A stretch of 64,000 bases of DNA from Cyanophyceae cyanobacterium (GTDB lineage: Bacteria; Cyanobacteriota; Cyanobacteriia; Cyanobacteriales; Laspinemataceae): positions 10,846 to 74,845 of the forward strand of contig JBBQFN010000026.1 of assembly GCA_038321985.1 (NCBI GenBank). Reading direction: 5' to 3'. The translations under genes and the position numbers were made by a program. Shown one piece after another: positions 43,337 through 51,829 of this stretch. Positions within the stretch are counted from its first letter, which is position 1. The number at the start of each line of letters is the position of its first letter. Under the pieces are notes generated by a model, which was not told where the DNA came from, ran no database searches, and worked only from the letters and a program-made list of their open reading frames with translations.

Positions 43337-44368
43337 TTACTTGGATTTTGCCGTTCCTTTTTTGTCTTGGTTTTTAATGTGCTTTTTGGCATAGTCTTTT
43401 GCTTCGACATCCGCTTGCTGCAAAATTGACTGCATTCCTTCTTCGCTGCGAATCAGGGTTTTAACTTCAGTGAGTAAAGGGGTAAAGCGATCGCCTATAA
43501 AATCGGTATGCACAATAAATTCCTCCTCCATCAAGGCTTGAATGGTTTTCGTTGCAGCCGCCGTTACTTCATCTTCGTTCAATGGATCGGGCGATCGCAG
43601 CTTTTCGGCGAGGTTCATTTCATCATAAATTGCTTGAGTCCACCGCAGATTGCTAGTAATTTCACCATCGGCAAAAACCACACCAATTAACTCATTTCGG
43701 AGGCGACCCGTCCGCGTCGTTTGAGCCCCATAATGTCGAGTCCGAAGGATATTATTAAGCACATAGAGAAACCCGGCTTCCGTGGGGTCTTTCAGGGTAA
43801 TAATGCTAGGAAAAAACACCTGCGGTTTAATATGGTCTTGCTGATTGATTCGACTGGTAACTTCACCCGCTTTAGAACCCCCTTCCCCTTTAGATGCCAT
43901 CGTCCCATTTTCATAAGGTGCATTTAAGGTAAAGGTTTCATGCGCGTTATCGAAGGGAGTAATCGAAAAGGCTGTATCGACTACCACTTTTGATTTTTCT
44001 GACCCAGAATCCCCGATCGCAAAGCCATAAATAATACAATCCGGATTGTTCATGGCAAAGCTGACGTTATATTCGCACTCTTCAGCGGTCATTAATCCAT
44101 AGTTTCTCAGCAATTCCCGACCCACTAAACGTTCCGGAGTAGATTGTTTGCGCTTAAACATGGTCAATCGGCTAATCGCTTCTTTCGTCTTAATTCCCGA
44201 ACTCACCCGCGCTTTGTTCAATTCCCCATCAGTTTGAAATAAGGGATAGGATTCGGTAACGCGAATGGTGAGAAAGTGCACGTATTTCCCCATTGGTTTA
44301 TAGGGAATTTCAGTTTGGAACAATTGGGAAGAGATGGTTTTTAAGAATGTCATGAGTTTTGCTTCCAT
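43337..44368 (-). CDS. csc2: Type I-D Cas7 (Csc2)
   Basis: FKRKQSTPERLVGRELLR, DCIIYGFAIG, YGAQTTRTG. Confidence 0.93.
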   Translation of the reverse strand: MEAKLMTFLKTISSQLFQTEIPYKPMGKYVHFLTIRVTESYPLFQTDGELNKARVSSGIKTKEAISRLTMFKRKQSTPERLVGRELLRNYGLMTAEECEYNVSFAMNNPDCIIYGFAIGDSGSEKSKVVVDTAFSITPFDNAHETFTLNAPYENGTMASKGEGGSKAGEVTSRINQQDHIKPQVFFPSIITLKDPTEAGFLYVLNNILRTRHYGAQTTRTGRLRNELIGVVFADGEITSNLRWTQAIYDEMNLAEKLRSPDPLNEDEVTAAATKTIQALMEEEFIVHTDFIGDRFTPLLTEVKTLIRSEEGMQSILQQADVEAKDYAKKHIKNQDKKGTAKSK

Positions 44369-44425
44369 TAATTACAACAATTGAAATGGTTGGGAGGAAG
44401 ACAAGGTAGTGCCTTGTCCCTCCGG

Positions 44426-44899
44426 TTATTCGGGGGATTCTTCCTCTGATTTGTCTTTAGATTTAGAGGAATAGTCTTGGTTTTCTTTGTCATCGGCTAG
44501 GCGGTAAATAAATTCACAGGTATCACGAATTAGGTTAAGTTGTCGTCCCGCCAAACGCGCGCGATCGCCTCCAAAAGATTTCTCAAACACCTCCACTACA
44601 AAATACTCAGCAAACTTTAAAATTGCTTGCCGCTCTTCTTCACGATTTTTGAAAATCCAGCGACCTTCTGCGGTGGAAGAATGGACCCGATCCATCAGTT
44701 TGCAAACTTCCGCAGCAACGACCATTACTAACGCTTCCCCTTGAGAACTGGGGTCAATTTTAAGAATAGTATCGGCTGCAATATCAATCGGTTTTAGGAC
44801 AGCATTAGCTTTAGGATTGAATCGCTTATTGGCACGGTAAAACTCGCGATAAAGTTCAGTTAATTGTTTCGGATGGTTCAAGTTTGATTGTTCTCCCAC
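44426..44899 (-). CDS. cas11d: Putative Cas11d small subunit, in-frame internal start in cas10d (157 aa)
   Basis: AGGAGA (44913-44908), 8 nt, then in-frame GTG at 44899. Confidence 0.7.
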   Translation of the reverse strand: MGEQSNLNHPKQLTELYREFYRANKRFNPKANAVLKPIDIAADTILKIDPSSQGEALVMVVAAEVCKLMDRVHSSTAEGRWIFKNREEERQAILKFAEYFVVEVFEKSFGGDRARLAGRQLNLIRDTCEFIYRLADDKENQDYSSKSKDKSEEESPE

Positions 44900-47881
44900 G
44901 GTTAGGGTCTCCTGTTCAGAATTATAGGTACAATACGGGTCAAAGCAGGGATAAAAATCATAAGCATACAGTTTGATTTTCTCAATTCGGGCGGTATCTA
45001 CCCCTTGGCGACGCACCCAGCGATTGAGATAGGCAAATACAAACAAAGGACTGGTTTCAAAATCCGTTGCTAACTCCGTTAATTTCCCCCAGTTAGCATC
45101 ATATTTTCCCTTGCTTTGTTTGGCATTGACATCCAGATGGATGGCATAAGCAGCGGTTAACGCCTTCAGGGGTGAAGGATACGAAGCGCCGTTTTCTTCC
45201 CATCCTTCTAGGATGTAGTCGAGGCGGAAGCGTTCTCCCTTTGTGAGTAAGCGCAAGGCAACGGGTGCGCTATCTAAAAACACCGTTTCTTCAAATTCGG
45301 ACCCATCATTAAAAGGTGGAATGGGTGACTCAGAAACCACAGTTTTAACATCGAGAATCATCGGAAATACCAACCCTAACCAAGCAGGCATTACCCAGGA
45401 TTCCGTATCTGTCGGGTCCTGTCCCGGAGGGAGTGCCATGAAATAAAAGGTCATGGGTTGGTCTTCTAAATAAGACAGCTTAAATGTGCGGTCTTTTTTG
45501 TGTTGTTTATCATCTTCTGGTAACTCTTTCTTGCGCTGCAAATCCTCATCAATTAGAAAGGCATCGACACTTTGATATTGAGTGCGGTCAAAATTGGCTT
45601 TAAACTCATCGCCGATAAAGTGATTGCGAATTTGTGCATTAAACCGAGTTTGAGCAATATCGGTATAAGCACGATGAAGAAATTTGTTAGTTTCTGGAGT
45701 GAAGTAATAGGTGGGATAGAAATAGAGATAGCGATATTTACCATCTTCAAATCGTTTCCCGGTTGCCTGGGTTTGATTCATCAAAATTTGCCGCAGCATC
45801 ATCTCCAATCCCGCAATACTGGAAATGTTCCGTTTGGCATTAGAACCCCCTAACATTTGTTTGTTGGTGTAAACCTGCGGCGTGAACAAAACCGCTGATT
45901 CCATTTGTTCAGTCACGGTATAGGCAGAATGAGAAATCGAGCAAATCATTTGCCGTCCTCGTCCCGATTTTTTTGCCATATTATAGCGATGGAGTTCATC
46001 GAGGAAGGTATCCGCAGATGTCTCAATGTTTGTCATTCCCGGTAGCATCACCCCTTGCTGTACCCACTGGCGCAAGTCGTCCCAGCCATCAGGGAGTTCA
46101 TATTGAGAAATAATTGCTGAATTGAGTTGACAAATATGCGCGATCGCCTCTTCACAAATCGGTCTAACCTCTTCAATACCCGGATGATGTTCCAGATATT
46201 TAGCCGCTAGATAATACCATTCATAGGGTACACCCCCGGTATTTCCTTTGAGTTTTAGTGCTTTGAGACTTTCGTTAATCCGCTGGATTTCTCGAATCTG
46301 TGGCAGATATTGGGAAAGGTTCCAAAACGTTGCTATTTCCTGCACTAAATCTAAATCTGGGGGTTCCGGCAATTTCTTATTTTGCTTGCGTGCCACTTCA
46401 ATGCGACTGAGGCGATCGCCCCAAATTTTGCGCGTTGCCACATCTCCAAATTCAGCAATTTGGTCTATTCTGATATCATCCTCAAACTTGAAGTCATAGC
46501 TTTCCGATAAAACGCCTTTCTTTTGAAAAGTCATCAAATTTTCACTGCGACTTTTTGCTACTGAACTTTTCAGCGGATTGAGAATTTTTAAGGTTGCACT
46601 CAGCGCCACCTCCATCAACCCAAAATCATCAAAAAACAGGGTGTAATAGTCTGCATATTTCATGCCTTTGCCATCTCTGCCAAACCCGGTTTGTCGGCGT
46701 TTAAGTTGATTCGCGCACAATTGCTTAATTTTCGTGATGACTCGTTCGGGGATATCTTCTACGGGAACGGTTGGCGCATCTCGCCGCGCTAGATAAATTA
46801 CTCCTGTTGGTAGATAAAGTAAGGGTTCGTAGTAGGTGCAATCGACAGTATTTAATGCTGTGTGAGCATCCATTAAGGCATTATTGACCACATTGGTTAA
46901 CACGCCGCGATTTTCCGCCAAACTGTGATAGGTAAATTTCAAATTACCATCGCTCAGATTGTGAAGGAGATTGTTTAAACTGGGGTTTTCGGCATCATAA
47001 GGATGCTTGATAATTGAGGAGAGGCGATCGGCGAGACGACTTAACTCCCCAAGGCATTTCACCACGCGATCGCGTAATACCGGCTTTAACCCTCCATATT
47101 CAGAAAAATTTAAGTTTGTATCTCCTTTCACTTGGGTGAAATATACTATTGCAAGTACATCGTCTAAATATTCTTGATACGTTTCCGGTTCTTCGGGATT
47201 GATGAAGCGATCAAGACTTAATTCACGAGCCATCGCATCGACAATTTCTCGATGTTCTTCTACGGATAAATCGCGGATTTTTTTCTCTCGCTTTTTCTGA
47301 ATATCCCGATACTTTTGCGGCATATTCGGAAAGTAGTGATAATCAAACTTCTCAAAATCATGGAGAATAAACCCAGAAATCACCAGACGCCGTTGTCGTT
47401 CTTTCACCACCCGCTTAACGGTGGTATCTAGCTTTTCCAATCGCTGTTCGATTAAATTGGCGGGAAACAATCCATTCAGTAAATGGGTATTCAACGATTG
47501 ATCGCCTGCATTATCGCGTCTGATATTTTCTTTACCCCGTTCCGCATCGAGGCGATCAAAAAACTTCCCGCCTTTCGCCGTTACCCCGATCGCCACTCGT
47601 AGCAAATTCGGCAAAACGTACTCGGCAAAATCATGCATAATCGCATCATCAGGGTTTTGCGCCTCTATCGCCTCCCGCAATAACTTAAGCGTCAGTAACT
47701 CGCGCTGCTGGGGTTCAATCGTGCGATCTCTCCTTTCCCACCCAATCTCATCATCCCCATCCCCCATCCAATCATCCTCGGATTCCTCTTCGGATAACTC
47801 CTCATCAGGATTGGGTTTTATGTCAAACAGAGATAATTGCATCAACTGTTCATCATCTGATTGCTTCTGTTTTTTAGCCAT
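44426..47881 (-). CDS. cas10d: Type I-D Cas10d (Csc3) with HD nuclease domain
   Basis: DQSLNTHLLNG and ILHDFEK HD motifs; 1151 aa; operon context. Confidence 0.94.
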   Translation of the reverse strand: MAKKQKQSDDEQLMQLSLFDIKPNPDEELSEEESEDDWMGDGDDEIGWERRDRTIEPQQRELLTLKLLREAIEAQNPDDAIMHDFAEYVLPNLLRVAIGVTAKGGKFFDRLDAERGKENIRRDNAGDQSLNTHLLNGLFPANLIEQRLEKLDTTVKRVVKERQRRLVISGFILHDFEKFDYHYFPNMPQKYRDIQKKREKKIRDLSVEEHREIVDAMARELSLDRFINPEEPETYQEYLDDVLAIVYFTQVKGDTNLNFSEYGGLKPVLRDRVVKCLGELSRLADRLSSIIKHPYDAENPSLNNLLHNLSDGNLKFTYHSLAENRGVLTNVVNNALMDAHTALNTVDCTYYEPLLYLPTGVIYLARRDAPTVPVEDIPERVITKIKQLCANQLKRRQTGFGRDGKGMKYADYYTLFFDDFGLMEVALSATLKILNPLKSSVAKSRSENLMTFQKKGVLSESYDFKFEDDIRIDQIAEFGDVATRKIWGDRLSRIEVARKQNKKLPEPPDLDLVQEIATFWNLSQYLPQIREIQRINESLKALKLKGNTGGVPYEWYYLAAKYLEHHPGIEEVRPICEEAIAHICQLNSAIISQYELPDGWDDLRQWVQQGVMLPGMTNIETSADTFLDELHRYNMAKKSGRGRQMICSISHSAYTVTEQMESAVLFTPQVYTNKQMLGGSNAKRNISSIAGLEMMLRQILMNQTQATGKRFEDGKYRYLYFYPTYYFTPETNKFLHRAYTDIAQTRFNAQIRNHFIGDEFKANFDRTQYQSVDAFLIDEDLQRKKELPEDDKQHKKDRTFKLSYLEDQPMTFYFMALPPGQDPTDTESWVMPAWLGLVFPMILDVKTVVSESPIPPFNDGSEFEETVFLDSAPVALRLLTKGERFRLDYILEGWEENGASYPSPLKALTAAYAIHLDVNAKQSKGKYDANWGKLTELATDFETSPLFVFAYLNRWVRRQGVDTARIEKIKLYAYDFYPCFDPYCTYNSEQETLTVGEQSNLNHPKQLTELYREFYRANKRFNPKANAVLKPIDIAADTILKIDPSSQGEALVMVVAAEVCKLMDRVHSSTAEGRWIFKNREEERQAILKFAEYFVVEVFEKSFGGDRARLAGRQLNLIRDTCEFIYRLADDKENQDYSSKSKDKSEEESPE

Positions 47882-48308
47882 TATTAACCTCTAATGAATC
47901 GAGATAATTGTTTACCTGTTTAATGAAAATTGGATATTGCTCTAACGCGCTGAAAATAGCAGAAAATACAATTTTTTGGTTGATTTCATCATATTGATGA
48001 ACCAGACGATTTCGCATTCCCGCCGATCTGGATAGGGTCGCCGCTAAATCTTGAGAAATGATTCCATTTTGTCCCGCCAGAATAAAGGAATCAAAGTAGG
48101 TTGATGGGGTAATCTGATGTAATTCAACCAGCAAATAACTATTGATATCCGTGGCTGCTTCTACTAAAAGCTGAATTAGTCGTTCACTAATTAATTGCAA
48201 ATCAAAATCATTGACATAGTTTTCTTCTGTTACCGACTCAAATCCTTGAAGTCGTTTGACATACTTTAGCATCAATAAAATCTTAGATTCAATCCGCTGT
48301 CGTTCCAT
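47874..48308 (-). CDS. hepT: HEPN (DUF86/HepT) ribonuclease toxin
   Basis: RNRLVHQY = RX4HXY motif; follows MNT gene. Confidence 0.88.
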   Translation of the reverse strand: MERQRIESKILLMLKYVKRLQGFESVTEENYVNDFDLQLISERLIQLLVEAATDINSYLLVELHQITPSTYFDSFILAGQNGIISQDLAATLSRSAGMRNRLVHQYDEINQKIVFSAIFSALEQYPIFIKQVNNYLDSLEVNNG

Positions 48309-48312
48309 ACAT

Positions 48313-48762
48313 TTAAACTCCTAACTTTTCCAAACTAAGCTCAATGCAACGTCGGGCTGATTTACGAAACTTTTCGGTATCAGCAGATACTTTCCAAGCT
48401 CGGATTTTAAAATTTGTCCATTCTCCTGCTTTTTTTTCATAAATCAGCTTTCCATCCCGCGCTATTTGATAAGCCAGCAGCGGTGAACAGCCAGGAGAGA
48501 GTTCAATAATATCAATTTTATTGTCGGGTATTCCTAACTCTTGCCTAATTAAGGAAAATAATTCTAAATAATTATCCAAATTAGGTTGGACCTGCCCTTT
48601 TTCGATATCTTGGTCATAGAGTGCAGCAAAATCCCAATCGCTATCTGCATGAAAATTACCTCTAGCTCTTGAACCGAATAGAACTAGCATTTTGAGAGCA
48701 GGAATCTTTTCAGGCAGTTGGCGGACAAGTGCTGGGAGTTTGACTAGGGATGGTGTATTCAT
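48313..48762 (-). CDS. mntA: Minimal nucleotidyltransferase antitoxin
   Basis: LFGSRARGNFHADSDWD = GSX10DXD motif. Confidence 0.88.
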   Translation of the reverse strand: MNTPSLVKLPALVRQLPEKIPALKMLVLFGSRARGNFHADSDWDFAALYDQDIEKGQVQPNLDNYLELFSLIRQELGIPDNKIDIIELSPGCSPLLAYQIARDGKLIYEKKAGEWTNFKIRAWKVSADTEKFRKSARRCIELSLEKLGV

Positions 48763-48789
48763 TGTTTTCTACCTTGGGATCAAAAAGAG

Positions 48790-48830
48790 GGAGAGAAAAG
48801 GGACTGTCTCCAAATAAGTTATCAGTCCCT
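48790..48830 (-). terminator. Intrinsic terminator-like hairpin just upstream of mntA
   Basis: AGGGACTG...CAGTCCCT followed on minus strand by TTTCTCTCCCTCTTTTT. Confidence 0.55.
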
Positions 48831-49059
48831 AATCAAAATTACTGAGGAAGGTAAACTATCTTAGATCAACTGCTTCCAATGTTCCTTTGAATTAAGGAGA
48901 CTTAACCAGCCTTCTACTATAAAGATTGACTGTATAGAGATAGGGGGTTAAGGCGACCTACTTCTGAACTTGTTGCCGCAAGCTACTCGGATAATCTTTC
49001 CTCATCGGTAGGGAATTCTTGGGTTTAGCCAAAGAATTCTCTACCGATTGAGCCAAGGG

Positions 49060-49263
49060 TTATGGCGTGACCAATCGATACTCAAATTGGCTACGAGCCA
49101 CTTGCCGCTTCTCAATGGAATACCCTTTTTTACGACCCTCGAAAATGGTATGTCCAAATCGGAAACTTACTTTTGCAGCAAGTTCGTCGGCAGAATGCCA
49201 ACGACCATCCCGCAAAACTTCGATTAATTTCTCAAGATTAGTGTTTTTCACAATTTTGCTCAT
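49060..49263 (-). CDS. 67-aa winged-HTH-like small protein
   Basis: AGGAG RBS; LIEVLRDGRWHSADELA...RKKGYSIE...EYRL resembles BirA/HTH_11-type winged helix. Confidence 0.75.
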   Translation of the reverse strand: MSKIVKNTNLEKLIEVLRDGRWHSADELAAKVSFRFGHTIFEGRKKGYSIEKRQVARSQFEYRLVTP

Positions 49264-49349
49264 TGCGATCTCCTATACTAATGTTTTGGTAAAGGCTTAC
49301 TCAGCCTACCAGTCTCGTCAGTAAACAGTTTCAGCCATTGCTTAGTCCA

Positions 49350-49378
49350 ACGCTAGCTCGAACGATAGTGAGTGTCAA
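49350..49378 (-). promoter_or_regulatory. Sigma70-type promoter for the 67-aa gene
   Basis: Minus strand TTGACA-17 nt-TAGCGT. Confidence 0.65.
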
Positions 49379-49392
49379 GGCATTATTCAATA

Positions 49393-49422
49393 TTGATAAA
49401 CCTTGATTAAATGTGGTATGCT
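49393..49422 (+). promoter_or_regulatory. Putative promoter for the mini-array
   Basis: TTGATA-18 nt-TATGCT with extended -10 TGn. Confidence 0.55.
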
Positions 49423-49451
49423 TGTGAAATAGATAGAAGCTAACTTAGAAC

Positions 49452-49549
49452 GTTTGCACTCTTACTAATCCCTTTCAGGGATTGAAACCATTAGTTCTGT
49501 TCTTGTTGGCGTAAGCTTCTTTCTTTTAATCCCTTTCAGGGATTAACCT
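49452..49549 (+). CRISPR. Degenerate single-spacer mini-array (crRNA-like RNA), antisense to the cas operon
   Basis: Repeat 1 GTTTGCACTCTTACTAATCCCTTTCAGGGATTGAAAC shares its 3' 24 nt with the array repeat; repeat 2 keeps TAATCCCTTTCAGGGATT (49527-49544). Confidence 0.88.
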
Positions 49550-49550
49550 T

Positions 49551-51731
49551 CTACACAACCCATATCTCACCCCCTTTGCTCTTAAACCAGTAGGCGAGGG
49601 TATCAACCAAAAGCGCCGATTGGCTGAAGCCGATCGCATAGGGTGCGGTTGCATCGTGCAAACTGGATTGATCCTTAATGGGATAGATCTGAAAGTGCAT
49701 CGGCAGGCGCAAGCGTGATCGCACTTCGGCAACGGGACGAGGAATCACATAACAGACTAATCCCTCTTTCTTCAGTTGCTGGTTAATTTCTCGGATCCAG
49801 GGGTTTGCCGGTTGCCAAACTTGTATCCCCACCAGAACCTGTACTTTCCAGGCATCGGCGATCGCCTGCAAATTACCCGGATAGGTGAAATTCCAGTTCA
49901 ATCTTTCCTCTCGATATCCCCGCAATTTCATAAACCCCAGACACTGTTTAAATCGTCCTTTGGCAATGGGTTTGCCGGTGCGTTGTGCAGTTTCTTCTAG
50001 TAATTGCATAAACGCTACTTTGGTCATGGGTTCGATGTCCAAATGGCTTAACACTCCTGGCAAATCATAAGTTTTAAACCGATCGCTCTCGGTGGATTCC
50101 GTCACATCATATAATCCACAGTGGAGAGGACTCGATCCACGAAAACTGGTTGCATCCTCTGCAAGGGGATTTCCCTTATCTTTTCCCGATAGTTGTTGCC
50201 ATTCCTTTTCCCATCCTTTGACTTGTCCATACTTGTTCTTCAGCCGAGTATCAAACACCTCCTCACAGGCTTTTTTAAACACCTGGGAAGCATCTGCATA
50301 TTGTTCCTTAATCGTTGGATGTCCGAGTTGGCGGCACAGTTGCATTGACTGCACTGCACCCCATCGCTTGTAATAGCCTTGAAAGTTGTTAATTTGACGG
50401 TAATTTTCCCGAATCGTCTCATGAAAGAAGACGCGATCGCAGCTTTCCCCCGATGTCAATGGCGGCGAATCTCCCTGAAACAACCGTTCGACTAAATAGT
50501 TCGGTGATAAGGCATAGGCTATAAACTTATGAAACCTAACGGGTTTGCCATTTTTTTGATAGCTATTATGTCTTCCTAATCGTCCTAACCGTTGAATAAA
50601 ACTTCCGGCGTCGGCAGATTCAAAAATCAGAAAATTAATTTTAAAATCTACCCCCACATCAATCGTACTGGTTCCTAAAACTAAATCGGCCGATAGCGAT
50701 CGCTCTTTCTGTTCTTTCCCCGTTAATCCCGTATTTTCCTCTACCACTAACCGATATGGTGCAAGCAGTTCCCGAAAAAATGGGGTCAGGCGTTTGACTG
50801 CGGCAATGGAATTGAGAACGATCGCACCTTTACTCCCAGGATACTCTTGAAACTGAGATAATATTAACTGACAGTTCTCTCGCAACCAGGTTTCCGATGC
50901 CTTACCCGTTGGTTCTAGGGAAATAAACTCTACCTGAATTTTCCCCGATACTTGTCGCCATCCTTGCGCTTTCAACTCGTCGCACTCTTCCTCCCTATCC
51001 GGAAAGCGATACTTGTTTTCAGCGACAGGATTAATCTCGTGACATCGAAATCCAGCCAATTTTAATCGCTTCAGTAAATCCTCATTGGAAGTAGCCGAAA
51101 GAAACAGAAACTTTTTGCGCCGATTGGTACAGCGAATCAACAGCAAAGTGTTAATAACGCTGGCAATTTGTGGCGCACTAAAAACATGAAATTCATCAAA
51201 AATAAACAAATCGAACTGTTTATCCAGACGATTCCACAAACTATCGGGACTAGAATTTTTGGTGAGATAGGCACCGCGATGCAGGTAATGAAAAATATCT
51301 GGATTCGTTAACAAAATCTCCGATTGACTAGCGCGAGTTGCGATCGCCGCACTTTTCCGCAATCCCTCGGTTTCTGCATAAATTTCTAGCACTTCCCCAC
51401 TTAGGCGAGACAGACGCGGTTCCTCGGACAGTTGCAATGTCTGAGTATATCCGCCAATTTGTCCCTCCTGATCTCGTGCGAGTTCATTGGTGGGATAGAG
51501 GGCGACTGCCGCCAGATATCCATACAAAACGCACAGAAAGGCGGCGAGGGTTTTGCCGTCCCCTGTCATGGCGGTATTGAAAATTACATCAATATTGGGG
51601 TCCTGAATCGCCTTGAATGTCTCCAGTTGATGCCAGGAAAGCCCCCATCCCGCAGGCAGTTTGATGTCTTGGGGGACTTCCGAGGCAGGAGAGGAATAAA
51701 TCGGTTTGAGAAAAATGCCATAATTGGACAT
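49551..51731 (-). CDS. cas3: Type I-D Cas3' helicase (no HD domain)
   Basis: TGDGKT, YPTNELARDQ, DEFH, LSAT, QRLGRLGRH. Confidence 0.95.
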   Translation of the reverse strand: MSNYGIFLKPIYSSPASEVPQDIKLPAGWGLSWHQLETFKAIQDPNIDVIFNTAMTGDGKTLAAFLCVLYGYLAAVALYPTNELARDQEGQIGGYTQTLQLSEEPRLSRLSGEVLEIYAETEGLRKSAAIATRASQSEILLTNPDIFHYLHRGAYLTKNSSPDSLWNRLDKQFDLFIFDEFHVFSAPQIASVINTLLLIRCTNRRKKFLFLSATSNEDLLKRLKLAGFRCHEINPVAENKYRFPDREEECDELKAQGWRQVSGKIQVEFISLEPTGKASETWLRENCQLILSQFQEYPGSKGAIVLNSIAAVKRLTPFFRELLAPYRLVVEENTGLTGKEQKERSLSADLVLGTSTIDVGVDFKINFLIFESADAGSFIQRLGRLGRHNSYQKNGKPVRFHKFIAYALSPNYLVERLFQGDSPPLTSGESCDRVFFHETIRENYRQINNFQGYYKRWGAVQSMQLCRQLGHPTIKEQYADASQVFKKACEEVFDTRLKNKYGQVKGWEKEWQQLSGKDKGNPLAEDATSFRGSSPLHCGLYDVTESTESDRFKTYDLPGVLSHLDIEPMTKVAFMQLLEETAQRTGKPIAKGRFKQCLGFMKLRGYREERLNWNFTYPGNLQAIADAWKVQVLVGIQVWQPANPWIREINQQLKKEGLVCYVIPRPVAEVRSRLRLPMHFQIYPIKDQSSLHDATAPYAIGFSQSALLVDTLAYWFKSKGGEIWVV

Positions 51732-51740
51732 AAGTTTTTT

Positions 51741-51823
51741 GTGTCCGTACCCACTTGCTATTTCTTTATGTTGCCACTGAAAATAGAAACTGACAAGAGC
51801 TTACCCGTATAAAGTGTCCGTAC
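51741..51823. promoter_or_regulatory. Direct-repeat operator candidates in the cas3/WYL divergent promoter
   Basis: GTGTCCGTAC at 51741-51750 and 51814-51823. Confidence 0.6.
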
Positions 51824-51829
51824 GAAAAC

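Noticed and set aside
49276..49282. 7-nt match (CATTAGT, minus strand) to the guide 5' end just upstream of the 67-aa gene RBS
   Set aside because: Too short, flank is AAA rather than GTN, and the match does not extend; plausible by chance.
49340..49430. Classical CreA-type target in the promoter of the 67-aa gene (also checked the cas3/WYL promoter)
   Set aside because: I found no PAM-flanked seed match to the guide in either promoter by eye.
49452..49549. Mini-array as the homing spacer of a CRISPR-associated transposon
   Set aside because: No tnsA/B/C or tniQ genes in the window, and cas3' and the Cas10d HD motif appear intact.
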